A stretch of 64,000 nt of DNA. Source: Ptychomitrium polyphyllum (Eukaryota). This document shows, piece by piece, positions 1-13,533 of this stretch. The position numbers and the translations under genes are program-made. The stretch is taken from contig OZ316775.1 of assembly GCA_973851085.1 (NCBI GenBank), forward strand, positions 6,634,001-6,698,000, read 5' to 3'. Position 1 is the first letter of the stretch, and each line of letters begins with the position of its first letter. The notes below the pieces were generated by a model. It had not been told where the DNA came from. It searched no databases and worked only from the letters and a program-made list of their open reading frames with translations.

Positions 1-559
1 TGGTGTGTCGGTTCTAAGAACTTTACAGAACGTGCCCACCAATTACGAATCACGTCAACATGATCCGCCCTATGAGTGCCGACGGATGAGGGGAACAGAG
101 ACCTTGATTTCAGGGAACGTTCGAACAACGTATGAGATAAATGCATAAAACCGTCACTGCATTTAGAACCGCAACATCTAACCAGGTCGTACAATTCCTA
201 AGAAAGTTAACGAAATCCTTTAGAAGTTGTAATTTAGTGGCTGGTGTTACTGTGCTGGGAACTGGGCATGTCTAGGGCTTTGGTAGATTCTTGGTAAGCA
301 CATTACGTCCTCGTCCAAAATGTGTTGGTTTTTGAATACATTGACGGTTAAGATTGTGCACCAGCACTGTGCTCCGGGTGTTACCGTGGTACGGCGAGCG
401 GGTATAGACGAGGTGGGAAGAAAAAGTGGGCGCAGTTGGCGATGGAGTCTTGGCGATGGTTTTGTTGCTGTTCGACTGTCGGAGCACAATTGTAGCGCAA
501 GCGTTGGTTTAGCAATCCGAGGAGTGAAACCCTAGCGTGGTCACGAGGCCGCGGCAGCC

Positions 560-3500
560 ATGATGGAGATGCAGGAAGGCGATGAGGTCGCGCTGGTGCC
601 GAAGGAAACGATGGCGACGACGACGACGACAGCGCCTGCAGCAGGAGCGTCGTCGGGAGGAGCAGGCGGATGGGGCTGGGGAGCGTGGAAGTCGTCCGCC
701 TTCTCCGTCTTGAACGAGATCCAGCAGGCGGCGGCCGAGGCTGCAGAGGAGATTCAGAGGAATGTGAGTCTGTTGTTAAGAATCGTAATCTGTGGCAATT
801 AGAGGGAGTCCGGTCGTGGAAGCGAGGGTAGGGTTTGAAATGGTGATGTTGAGTGGTAGGAGTGAAAGTGAGAGTCCGCTGATTAGGAGGGAGAGATTGT
901 GTTGTTGTTGTTGTTGTTGTTGCCTTTCTTGGGCGATCGTGGCGTCGCTGGAGGCAAGCGGAGAGGTTGGATAGTTTTTCTTCAAGGAGCTTTGTTTGTA
1001 TTGTGGTATTATTCTTGGGATGTAATTTTGACGCATTCTGCCTGCGCTGTTAGATGAGCTCTTTTCTCTTCCCTATCACGGCGATGTTAAGGCAGCGTTT
1101 GAAGTAATATGCTTTCGGGAAAAGATTAGTTTTGGATGAGAATGCACACGGCAATTGTGTGCTCCCTGATCGTTAGAGTGTCTCGTGGATAGTTAAGTCG
1201 AGTGGTTTTCATGCTTCACGGACCGTTTACTATGCTTATTTATGTTTTTCAGCTTGTTTTATAGTGGACTTCATATACGCCCCCTGTCAAGTATTAGTGG
1301 AAGTACGTTTTGCATTTGAATTAAAGAAGAGCTTATAAGCGCTGCTGAGAGCTTTAAAGATAGATAAGTTAGGGCCACATAGGATGGTCGGATTTGAGCA
1401 AAAGTTTTTCAGTTTGGCCTAAACCACTTTTTTTGAAGTTTTAAAGGAATAGTATTGAACGCACTTGAATCCTGTTCACAATGCATTTATGCTGATTTTA
1501 TTCCTCAGCTATAATTGAAATACTACCTCTTTGGAATTGAATAGATTGGAGCAGGGGATAGTTGTTTCCCAATTGTTTCAGTTCCTCCAGTCGCCCTGGT
1601 CTATTGTGAAGATATTCTGCATACCAGAATATAGTAGAAGTTGATTTTTCCCCTTGAATGAGGAACTGGTTTATAATTTAGTGGTGTTCGTCTACTTTAG
1701 CATACGTTGCTCCACCATTGCTCCAAAAATTTCGAGCATCGGAGATTTAGCTTATTCCCTCTGGCTTTGTAGCTCTTTCCCTTTGTTGCACAGGGTTGTT
1801 TTGGTGCATGGCTCACTTTTTCATGATTTTTTATGATCTTCATTATTGTGCGAATTTGTCATTGCAGGCGGCAGCAGCAGCGAAGGGAATTGCAGATTTG
1901 CAGCAGACTGTATCTGATGACGCAAAAGTGGATCATGAGGAAGCAGACTCTCTGGAGGGGAAAAACAAGGAGATAGAGGGTGCTGATCTTGAGGAAGCCA
2001 GTGAAGAATATGCTCGGCGCAAGGTTGCCTTACAAAAATTGGAGAGTGCAAGCGAGGACTCTTTCTTAGGACAGGTTTGGAAGCACTAGCACTTACAAGA
2101 TTATCTGGCTTCAACTGCTCGTGTTTTATAAGGGTTATAAATTTTGATGAAATTGTGAGCTGGAGTTTGGTTAACACCTCTTTTTTTGTTTGTGCAGGGT
2201 TTAAAAGTGTTGGACGATTCAGTTGAGAATCTGACAACGGGTGCATGGCAAGCGCTCGGAAATGCATGGAAAGGGAGTGTGAATCTGGTGCAGAAGTAAG
2301 TCCACAAGCTATTTGTTGGAATAGCATCTTTAGTTTATGTTGTAAGTATGTCTCTGATTTTTTTATGCTAGTGCTTCATTATTGAACGTTAAATATTATT
2401 GTATGCAGGTTAGAGAACACGACCTTAAACCAAGGCGGAGTTCTTCCACCAAACCTTCTCCAGGTGGGCATGGGCTGCTTTTAATCGATCCAAATACGTA
2501 CTCATGTGGTAGTATGATTTTGGTTTCACGACAGCATTTCTGATTTTACAATTGTGCAAATGTTGAATTGACCTGACAGCATGATTCCGACACGTGAATG
2601 AGTACCCTGCATCTTGCGCTTGTAAATCACTTACAATTGACTTATTTTGCTGATTTTAGAGTGGCAGAGAGCTTACTGTTAAGGGCATACGTGCTTTGGA
2701 GTATGTTGGTAGAGAAACCTTGGACATTTTGGCATCTGAAACTGGCTTTGACCTTGAGACGGACGAGAAGAGTCCTGAAGAGGAGAGTACTGGAGAAGTG
2801 GAGAGCTACACAGAGGACGTTACCTTCAACCACTGCTTTTATATATATGGTGGACCAGAACATTTGGAGGTTGGCAGTTCTCCATTTAAAAAAATGTCTC
2901 CTTTATCAGTTTCTCTTACACATTTTTTCTTAAGATCTCGAGCAACCCTTGGAACATAAGGATTTTCTTAGGAATATAGTTTTGATCGGAATCTTAGTTT
3001 TCCTTGGTATATATCAGCCTCTAACTTCAATACTTTGATCGTCGTTCTAAATATTATTGCTTAACTTGGTTTTTGTCATGCTCAGGAGTTGGAGGAGTTA
3101 TCCAGTCATTACACTTTGTTGTGTAACCGGGCCAAAGCAAAGCTCTCAGGGGAGGAAAGAACTGCTTTTGAATCTCAATTGAAACAACTGCAACAAGTTT
3201 TGTCATTTAACGGGGATAGTGAAACTGGATCGCCAGACTCTGGCAAGGGCAAAAAAGTTGCTGGTGCTTCTCACAGTGGAAATGAAATTAAAGTCCTTCG
3301 TGAGTCGAGTGTTAGCCAAGCTGCAAAACTGGCTACTGGGTAAGTGCGCTCATTGAGTGTGTATTTTAGGTCCTTCTCTTCTTGCAAATGCTTGCTTTCC
3401 TCTTTACAAGGTTCTGGTTCTACCCCCCTTTTTGTGCAAGTGTATAAATACTCACTCGGATATGGCCATTATGAAGGACCTAAGCCTGTTTATACTGTTG

Positions 3501-4482
3501 TAGTTTTGCAGCAACGCTGAACGGGTTGGCAATATCAGAGGTAATGCAGAAATCAAATGATCGGCTAGACGCTATCAAGGCAGATAGCATTCATGTAAGT
3601 ATGCTACCTAGTACCTAGCCTTCTAATATGTTATCCTTTACTAGTCGGTGACTCCCAGTGCATTATCTTGGAAGGTTTTACAAGGCATACAACAGTTGCG
3701 TGGGACGTAGTTTTGGTCATATGAAATGATATTTTTAATGACAATGGCTGATTTGATTGCAGAGGCTTTCGGAGCTTTGCACGTTATGCATTGGGCATTT
3801 GCTACTGCTTGGCAAATTGGTTCTCACACGCGAGAATGAGGCAGAGGGAATGGATTGGCCTGAAGATTGTGTGGCTCGAGGACAAATGATCAAGGCACGA
3901 GCACAGGCTATGATTGCTGATATTGAAGTCGTGTCTGATAGCTTTGCCATAGGTACGTCTTCTATCTTGGGTCTTCTTTTTAGTTTATAATACCCATTTT
4001 CATAAATAGATATCTTTCAAAAATTGAAGTTGAATGTCCAATGAAGCACGGTGGATTCCCATGTATCTTAATTTATCAGCTTGAATATCAACAGTTGTAA
4101 GATATATGCATTCTAATGGCTCCGGGTTCAAAATTCGCTTATAATTTTTTCTGCAATAACGCTGATTGCTTTTTTGTTATTATTCTGCAATGACGCTTGT
4201 TCCTTACTTGTAAATGGGTTGTCGCACAGTTACTGATAGACTTTGTTTACAGCGGTTGGAGATGTAACGGCTGCATTTCAAGCTGCTATTAAGAACGAGG
4301 CCCTCATCGCTGAAGGAGAGGAGGATGTGAGACAAGGATTGGGAAAAGGAGGCTCTATTGAAGATAGAGGTCAAGCTTTGAACGGCGACATACAAGAAGT
4401 TGCCAGCATTGCAGTTGAGAAAGTTCATGACGGTCTTCAGTTTCTTACATATGTAGTACTCTCCACATCCCTGAAAAAGTAA
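560..4482 (+). CDS. FAM114/BAT2-domain-like conserved plant protein (similar to Arabidopsis At2g15860), 9 exons
   Basis: Exons traced through GT-AG introns in a continuous frame: 560-763, 1868-2074, 2198-2295, 2409-2463, 2660-2869, 3086-3339, 3504-3594, 3763-3952, 4253-4482. Motifs GGWGWG..AFSVL, GLKVLDDSVENLTTGAWQALG, LEYVGRET, VTFNHCFYIYGGPEHLEELEELSSHYTLL, RLSELC and GLQFLTYVVLST match my recollection of this family. Confidence 0.85.
897..921 (+). repeat. (GTT)n microsatellite in intron 1 of the FAM114-like gene
   Basis: Run of about 7 gtt units seen directly. Confidence 0.85.
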
Positions 4483-5339
4483 CCAGCGGGTGGCATTTCA
4501 ACCACTTTGTTCTCCAACAATTTATGGGAGTCGAGCTGAAACCATTATGTGCACAGAACTGATTATTATAGGATTTTCTTTTGTTTTTTTCTCCTGTAGT
4601 TGTATATGACAAATCCCTGCCTTTGTAATTATGCAAATTCAATCGGTCATTGTTTTCCAGGCTCTATTACAATGCCTTTACGGAACAATCTCTGTTTATT
4701 GCTTATCTTAGTGTTGCGACAATGTTCTTGAAGAAATCAGAGCAATACACTAGTATATTAGCAGATGGGCCCATGAAAGGCATGCCTGTCACTTACAGTA
4801 GACTGATAGATATGCAGCGATAACAGTGTATGATGCTCTTTTTGTGGTCAGGCACCATGACATTTCCCAACGATTCCAAATGATTGAAACTCAACATGTT
4901 GGTTCTGCCCAACATGTGAATGAATTAAAGCATGTTCAGCCTGCAATAGACCTGAGTTCTCGAATCTGAGTGTGAACTTTCATCATTACTGCAACGTTTT
5001 AATCCATTAGCTTCGTGTACATTTTCTTTTGCACTTTCACATTTTGAATCAAATGCATTTTTATTTTTAAAATGATGTAATCATTTTCCTTTAGACTTCA
5101 GAATCCCAGATAGCATTCTAAGTATATGAACTGTTTTTAAGATGATGCAAAGTTCTAAGTGTATGCTGCAACAGAGAAAACTTGTAAGGTTTTCAATTTG
5201 TCCATTCAAGTCTCCTAACGTTGAAGGCTTCTGTGTGGGGACGGGGCCAAGTCAGTCAAATGACTAACTCAGCAAGGACACAACAACCTAACCGGAGAAG
5301 GCTAAGGAAAGTAGAGGAAGGATCCTAACCGTAAACGGC

Positions 5340-6210
5340 CCTGATATCCAAAAGGATTCTTCCTTGCCCTGTTACATAGGTCACTGCACATCTTCTCTAC
5401 ACCAAATATTGCTCTCTAGTAAAGCTCCTTCTCTGCTTTCTTTGTTCCAGCATACACCTCACTGGAGTCATCAGAGCGACGACCAGCAATTTCCAACTTA
5501 ATTTTCTTTCCAGATGCTTTTTCGAACGCGGCCACCATCTCAAGCACAGTCGTGCCTCTCCCTGTCCCCCAATTATAAATTGCACATCCTACACCTGGAG
5601 TTGCAAAGGGCTTGTCCAAAGCCTTGACATGCCCACTTGCCAAATCCATGACATGTATACAATCTCGGACGTCAATTCCATCACGAGTTTTGTAGTCAGT
5701 TCCAAACACGATGAGCATCTCTGTGGCCTACTGCAACCTGTTCCACAAAGGGCATCCAATTGTTACAGCATCCTGCAGGATCTTCGCCAATTTCACTGCT
5801 CGGGTGGGATCCTATTGGGCTCCAACATCGCAAGAGAACAATCTTCCATTGTGGCCCCAAATGATAAAAATCACGCAGGATATTTACATTAATAAGCTTG
5901 GTGTGGCCGTAAGAATTCGTGACGTGAAGTGAATAATCTAATCCAGTCCAAGATACACTTGCTAGTTGGCCACATACTGTTGCTGAAGATGAGAAGACAA
6001 GACTCGTCCAGGAATTCTAGGACATAACATCCATAAAATTTACAGTGCTCATCAGATTCTTGTTATATAAAGTAAAGGCCGAGGTAAAGGCTTAGTCATG
6101 CTTTCCCTCATAGCCTTCAAGCCTGCAAAGTGAATGACAGCCTGGAACTGTAAAGTTAAATACCTTATCCAAATCTTACCAAATTCTTCAAACTCTTCCC
6201 CAAGTCACTT
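5340..6210 (-). pseudogene. UGE: UDP-glucose 4-epimerase pseudogene, intronless and 5'-truncated
   Basis: The minus strand reads DKVFNF..FQAVIHFAGLKAMRESMTKPL / [61 protein letters not shown] / [77 protein letters not shown]. There are stops at 6017-6019 and 5416-5418 and frameshifts near 6075 and 5718. Confidence 0.9.
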
Positions 6211-7436
6211 GCCAACTTGGGTCCAATAGAATTGCACTTAATTAACTTATAAAGTGGCACTACATTTTTTAATGTAGTTTCATCTATATTTTCCCACTAT
6301 ACCATTATTATTCTGATCTAGTGTTTGAATTGGTTAATCTTGGAAAAAAAATTAACAATGTTTAGATAGTTTGGTGCTAAAAAAGTTTTAAAAAGTAAAC
6401 AAAAAGAATAATAAGAAGTAAAGAAGACAGAAAGACTTCCTAACCAGAAAGCAAATTTAACACTAATCGTTGGGGCTGCAGCCTATCAAATTCGGGAACT
6501 GAAACTTAACGCCGACGGAAAATATCGGAAATTTTTTTAATAAAAATGATTCTATTATCAAAATTAGCAACTATGGAAAATATTACTAATAGCATTAATG
6601 AAGCAACATGAAAAACAAAAAAAAACTCATTTATTGGAAAAGCTTTATTTTTAGATTGAATATTTTACATTTGTCCTTTACTAACCATTCTGCTTTTTCA
6701 CCACCAAAAATTCTAACTCACATAATCTACTTTCAACCAAAAAAAATGATTGTATTTAAAACAATATTTCAAAAACTTCATAATTAATAAGGGCTTGTGG
6801 TACCTAATTTGGATGTAAAAATCAAATTACTACATCTACCAACCAAAACTTTATATTTAATAAAAAAATTATGATAAATAGATAAATCATTAACTTCCTA
6901 TGCCTTGATTACCATTATATGCAATGTAATTTTAGGCACTAAAGAGCGTGGATAAGTGTATTTTAAGAAACAATTTGCTCTTCAACAGCAACTCCATGTA
7001 TAAGATATATTAACTATTGCACTTTGTACTGTTCCAATTATACGAGTTGAAAACTCCAATCATACAAGTTGAGAATGGTTCTGCATCAAAAAGAATGCTT
7101 ACACCTTACCAATCCTTCATTTTCCTTTCAAGATTGTAAATAAAATACCTATTCATTTGCAAAGAACCAAAAACGGCACATATCATTGCAACCAAACAGG
7201 GTAAACTACAATACCTGCGGAGTTGGTTTATCATTGCCAAATCTTTCGCAGTGATGTGTGATGACCTGATGGTATGGACTTGACGACGGTCACTTGGGAG
7301 TCATAAATCAGCTCTAGGCACTAAGCTGCCAATTCATGGATTATTGAAATAAGTATGAAGCTATGGTACAGAAAATCCAAAACCTGGGACGAGCTCAATT
7401 CACTACTATTCTAAACGACAGTAATGCCTTCCAAGT

Positions 7437-9096
7437 TCATGGGTCATACCCATCCGCTCTGTCAGCTTCTTCTGACGCTTTATTTGCTAAACTAATGGCC
7501 TTGTAAAATAAAAATCCCTGCACACCAACCAAGAGGAAACATGAGTTGGTAACGCTTGGCCAGAGTAAACCTTGATGGCCACAGACCTAAACAAGAGGAG
7601 CACACAAGGGTCCGGCTATATCATTCTAGACAACCATGGTAGCCGGAAGTTAAAATGCATAGTACTCACCGCTGAAGGAAAGCCTGTGATTGCAAACACG
7701 CCTAAGATTGGAGCCCAAAGCGGATTGTCTGGTTGAATAACTCCAAACAAAGGATTCTGGTTGAAGTACTCGAATATGGAGCCAACCTGCAGGAACCACC
7801 ACGCACGATATAACCGGGATATCGCCAATTTGGTCAAGATGTTAGCGTCATTTCGATAAATATTAAGTCTAATTTTAATTTTAAAAAGAATTAAAACGAG
7901 GATTGAAACTAGTCTGAATTCTCCATGCTCATCCAAAAGAAATCCTTGATAACAATTTCCCGGAGCTCAAATCAGACAAGCACATCAAATCATCAAAACA
8001 GCAGTTATCATATGCATAGCCAACGCACCTCCGGCATGAAATTGTGTGGCACAAAATTCTACTTAGAGGTTCCCACTCTGAATTCCTAAGTTTTATTAAG
8101 TAACGCAGTCGTGGAGGAGAAGCACAGGACATGAAGGTTTTTAGGTTCACAGAAGGCTTCTAAGAATGCACTGCAGGCATCCGTCAGCACAAATGTAATC
8201 ACAGTATACGGAGCCAACCCACACACAGCGCGAAACTGAACGGCACAATTGTTTTCTAAATTGCACCTGGGAATCTCAAATGAGAACCTCAAAATAGCGT
8301 ATAACTGATGGCTACACATACCAAAAGTCGCATGCATCAAAATAGGTGCAAGAAGCAAAGGACATGAAGGTTCTAGGGTTTCCGGAAGAAGGCCTCTAAG
8401 GATGCACTCACCAAGTGCATGCGCCACATCATCTGTAACCACAAATGATGTAATGAGCAAATCTCACATCCGAATACCGGCATGCTCTGGGCGCACATTG
8501 CCCAAATCTTTGCTCCGAGTGTGTCTCTAAGCCCCATTTAGACAACATCGATTCACATGAACTATTCCACCCTTCAGTGGGTAATCAAGGTCATTCAGCA
8601 TATTGAGCCTCTCATGTGGAGCACTGAAAATCATCTCCAGCTCCAACTCCATTCGGATTCAAGAAGCTCCAGTACACCAAATGATAGACCTAGGACATAC
8701 GCAGGACTGAAAGCACGAGCGAAGGGCAGAGGAGGAGCAGAGCCAATTTACCGCAGCTATGGCCACCAAGCAGGACCCGATCAAGTAGACAGGGAACGGA
8801 AGGTCGCCGGAGCCACTGACAGGCGCGGCTGCTTCATTCCTAGCCCATGGCGGCAGCTCCTCCGTCCCTGGCTTCGCCCACGACGGAGTGGGCTCCGCCG
8901 CCTCCTCCGTCTTGGGCGACCCCGGCGCTTTCTCGGACCGCGACTTGGCTCTCCACTGCTTACAACTCTGCCTCCTCGCAACGCTTGCAGTCCTGGCACC
9001 CGGAGCAAGCGCGCATGTGTTGCGGCCACGACGAACGGGGCTGACCAGCGACGGCGCGACGATGCGCGCACAAGTGAACGACATGGCCATCGCCAC
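7437..9096 (-). CDS. Chloroplast thylakoid membrane protein, FPB1/DEAP2-like (At3g51510-like PSII/CP47 biogenesis factor), 3 exons
   Basis: Exons 9096-8752, 7786-7670 and 7517-7437 join in frame. The protein has a transit-peptide-like N-terminus, then PSWAKPGTEELPPWARNE, LPFPVYLIGSCLVAIAA|VGSIFEYFNQNPLFGVI..APILGVFAITGFPSA|GFLFYKAISLANKASEEADRADGYDP*. The gene structure is solid; the name is from memory. Confidence 0.8.
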
Positions 9097-11426
9097 AACA
9101 GTCTGCAGTCACTCGGCCAGCAATACAAAAATCCCACAACGACGACGACGGATTCTTCCCGAGTGCCTGAGTGTGCAACACTAAAGAATGCCTCTTTCTC
9201 CCGCGGTTGTGAATCCGCAAACTCTTCCTCGCCCGACGTCCCCTCTTGCCTGGCCCCGCAGTTTGATTATAGAACACCAACCAAAATCAATGTGTCCATG
9301 CGATGCGCCCATCCCACCATCGCCTGCGCAATCTCCACCTTTCCTACATACTCCATCTCTCTCTCTCTGTGTGTCCCTGGATTGTGCTCCCACCTGTCTT
9401 ACCCGCTGTGCCTCCTTTTGCCCTCTTTTTTCTAATTTTCCTTCTTCATCTTCCCTTCCCTTTTCTTTTTCCCTTGTTTCTTTTGGAAAGCAGCAGAAAC
9501 GGTGTGGCGTTTCTGCGAGTATGAGACCTCTGCAAACTCCTGTTTGTTCTTTTCCAAAGGTGGAGGAGTTTCGTTTCTAAAGGTTCAGTTGCATTGGCGT
9601 AAAAAAAGTTGAATTGACACATTGAAATCGTTTGTGAGTCGGTTTTTACTGCGACGTGCATTTTCGCATTTTCTTGTTGTGCCAATGCATGTATTCTGCT
9701 CTGGTGTTGATCTTTTGCATCCAAATGTAAGGGTGAGCTCCTTAGATTAGGAAAGAGTGTTGTTTGTGTTCTGGTGTTATGAGTAGGAAGGAGACTACTG
9801 TTGTTTTAATTGTTTTGTAGGTCTGCTTTCTTTTCGAGAATGAAGTGTTTTACTAAATCGGAAAAATACTATCTTTTGTTGTTACTGGGGTCTTACTTTA
9901 TGAAGACTAATGGTTTTGAATGAAAAAATAAAGTATGGTACCTAAGCATAATTATACTTTTTATTTAGGTACCAAGCTATTAGTAGATTTCAAAGCTGAA
10001 ATTTATTAAAGTTAACAGTGAAATATCACCAATTAATATTTTTTTATTATAGAAAGTAAAGAATGTAATTGGTTTTGTGATTTTTGAAAAATATCAACAA
10101 TAATAAGTTATTTACAAGGAAGATCTTTATTCTAAGCTTCCAATACAATGTGAATATTTTTTATTTTTCATCTTGATTTAACAAGAATGTATAACCAATG
10201 TACAAATTTACCTAATTTGAAATAATTGAGTTGTTTTGACCTATTACAATTATAAATCTCTATGTTTTTTAATTTTAAATGAAAAAGATGATATATTTTA
10301 TAATCATTAGAAAATTAGCTCTTACCATAAAATATGACTCTAAATATGTATAGACTATGATATAAAAAAGGAAGCATAAACTTATAGGAATTCTATATTC
10401 ATCCTTATATTTGAAGTTATTAAATGATACTTTTAGTAGTTGCTTATCATTATGCCATGATAACATAATAGAGTTATTTATTAAAAACTTGAAAATTTGG
10501 AATCAATTTCTTAGGAATGTCAATCATCCGTTGCAAGTGCAAAGAGACTTCCATTAAATTAATAAGACAATATTTTACAAAAACCCTTCAAACTCCCATA
10601 AAAACTAATGGTCACCAACATTATTTTTTTTGGTTTACAAATAACTCTAGTGTACCTGTCACTACTTTTTCTTCCTTTTAAGGTGTGTCTTGATTTTGCC
10701 TCGGTCTTTCATTGATGGCTTGATACTACTATTAATACCCATATGTACCACTATATCAAACTGTAAAGAAGGCAACTTCAAATGAAAACTCTCCTCCAGC
10801 ATTCCAGAAACCCATTGAGCTGCACTAGTCAATGCAAGTCCCATGTAGTTACTCCCCTGAACAATGATTGAGTCTGAACCTGACACAGCATGTGGCCTCT
10901 TGATTTTAGGGTGAATTGTCAGTAAATGCCAGACGAGAATCCAGGCACAAGTACAGAAACTGTCTATGGGATCAAATATAAGAAAATTCCGCTATGGCAT
11001 TTACCAGAATAATTCAAACCATCAGCCAGCTACTGTAAGATGCCGAGCAAGTCCTTCAGCTGCTTGTAAAATTACATGGGAGGAATTTTTTTAAATGATC
11101 TACTCAAGGCCAGTTTGTGTATCTTGATCTGGGACGAACATGCCAACGCTTCGGAAGAACTGCGAAGGTGTAGTAGGTAGGAAGACCTGGATTCTCTGCA
11201 TGTAAGGCTCTGAAACTATCCTATCAGACTTATCACAAGTGTCAATAATGTACAGAAGTGTTCCTCTCCACTGGAATTTCCATATGCATAAAGCATCAAC
11301 ACTTTCTCCATTGTAATGTCATTTTAGACAAGGGTACTATTGCGCACTGAACCAGGGCAGCGGTTCCACATTCTCCTTACAACCACAAGGACTTCGAGAA
11401 AGGCCTAAGCTGAAATCATGATAGTG

Positions 11427-13533
11427 CTAGCATTGGACCACTGTGCAGGCGGCACCATTCTTCCCATATGGCAGGTCAGGTCCTCGAGACCACTCTTGTG
11501 TACGGGTATCATAAATTAGCACCAAACCCTCCTTATAACCTCGCCCGTTACGGCCGCTTCTTCTTAACAAATCGTCAATTGATCCTCCAACCTAAACACA
11601 TGTGACCACATCACCTGACATTTCAGAAACACTATTTATGTACAACCAGATGCTATAGCTAGCCTTCTTTTCATTGGACATGTGAAAAACTTAAGAGAAT
11701 ACCAAAAACAAATGACATGACATGACTATCAAGATTTGCAGTCCAATAACCATGTACTACAGTTGCAAAAAATATTACTTAGCTCACCTGTATAATGTAA
11801 ACATCACTCCCCATCGTCACACAAGAGAATTTCAAAAAGTTGTCAATTCGAAGCGGAGATGGAATAGGAGGAGGTTTGACGCGGGTAAATGATTCGTCCC
11901 ATGTATCATACTTCCAGAATGACAACTCTACAGCATGGCTCGTGAGCATGTATATAGCCCGTCCCACAACCGTGCAAGCAATAACGCAGCCACCCATTGG
12001 AAGGACCCGAGTCTTTTGCCAGCAGTTCAGTTTTGTGTCGAAGGCATCCATAGATGCTACATAAGCATAAGGCTGCATGGAAAGTCCAAGCATGCTGCTG
12101 AATTTGAGTCCTCCAATCACATAAAATATGCCATTCACTGCTGCTCCCAAGCATCCATACCTCCTGCAATGACGGATCCATGTCAAGCGTAAGTAGATTT
12201 GCAAGCCCAACAGGTGTTGAGTTTGTACCAAGAGAGATGGGGCACCACTCTTGACAAGGTTCGGTGCATTCTAATTGGTGGTCAATTACCCTCTTCCTAT
12301 CTGTAATGCAATTGTAGATACTGCAAAGAACTTGACTCCTTTGACACAGAACTCGTTACCGTAAGTCACAAACTCTGGTACAGGACTTTCAAGAAGACAT
12401 AACCTCTCCATACGGAAGACTAAAATGCGGATATAAACTTATTCGACATGGCAAGAAAATGTGACCTTTGAACCCCTACCTTACCAGAAGCATACAAACT
12501 TTGTATAAGATTCGAATTGTTTGGTTCTGGACTGACCGTGCATAGGGTCATTTAATTACTCCACAAGATAACAAAAAAAGGTTTCTACGCAAAACCCTTT
12601 TGTAGTATACTGCTGAACCTAAAACAGGCTACCCGAAAACAGAATTTACTCTACTACCAAGAGTCCTCTTACAAAAGTGAGAAAATATGGTGATTTGGCT
12701 CAGTCCAACTCATATTCCTAATCCGTTTCATTTACTCTTGTCTAGAGACATACATACCTGCGAGGCATATTCGCAATGGGCTTCCACATATCCAGCTCAG
12801 GAAAGTACATTTCGGAATCCGTGATGGCGTCGCGTCCAGAGTCATTGCGGTTGGCGCCACCAGCAACAAAGATCCGGTCTGCAATAACACAGCAAGCAAA
12901 TTTTTTCCGAGGGCAGTGCATTGGAGCGCCACGCATAAGCGTTTTGGTCCATGCATCGTAAACAATGGTGCACTCTATCCCTATTGATTTGGAAAACCGG
13001 CATGGAGTGGCCCCCAAAATGAATATCCGGTGCTTGATCACTGCAGGCTGTGCATGACGAAGAGCATGATTTTCGTTATGGTAACCATTGAGCCAATCAT
13101 TCTCCGCTATTGACCTCCCAGAGCACAACAACCCTGCTCTCCAGCTCCCACTCGACTTACAATACACAGCTGATAGAAATCCAGTCCCTGCTCCTCCAAA
13201 CACGAACAGCAGATTCTCCACTCGCCCGTTCTGTTTCCTCATCTCATAAAACTCCGCCGATTTCAAAATGGACCGCCATTTTTGACACACCATCATGGCG
13301 GACTGCAGCGCAGCCCTCGGCATTCGTGCCAAACAATCAAGCAGTACGTCATCCGGGAGCGCTGAGATTGAAAATTGCGGCACGCTTGGCGGCGGTTCAA
13401 TCTTCCCCGCTACAGGTGGCCGGTACGACCAGCAACCCTGCACTAGGTTGCGCAATCCAGACCTAGAGGTGGACTTCTTCTTCAGTCCAGGTGGCCGTTT
13501 CGACACTACAGCAGTAGTTGTAGACGCTTCCAT
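11427..13533 (-). CDS. F-box/kelch-repeat protein, 3 coding exons
   Basis: Exons 13533-12758, 12163-11788 and 11591-11427. F-box motif ISALPDDVLLDCLARMP..VCQKWRSIL; kelch repeats with GG and W motifs (RIFVAGG..WKPIANMPRRRYG, FYVIGG, IIQVGG..YDTRTQEWSRGPDLP). Confidence 0.92.

Noticed and set aside
8557..9435. 292-aa + strand ORF
   Set aside because: It is the antisense shadow of the GC-rich first exon and promoter of the FPB1-like gene and has no recognisable domain.
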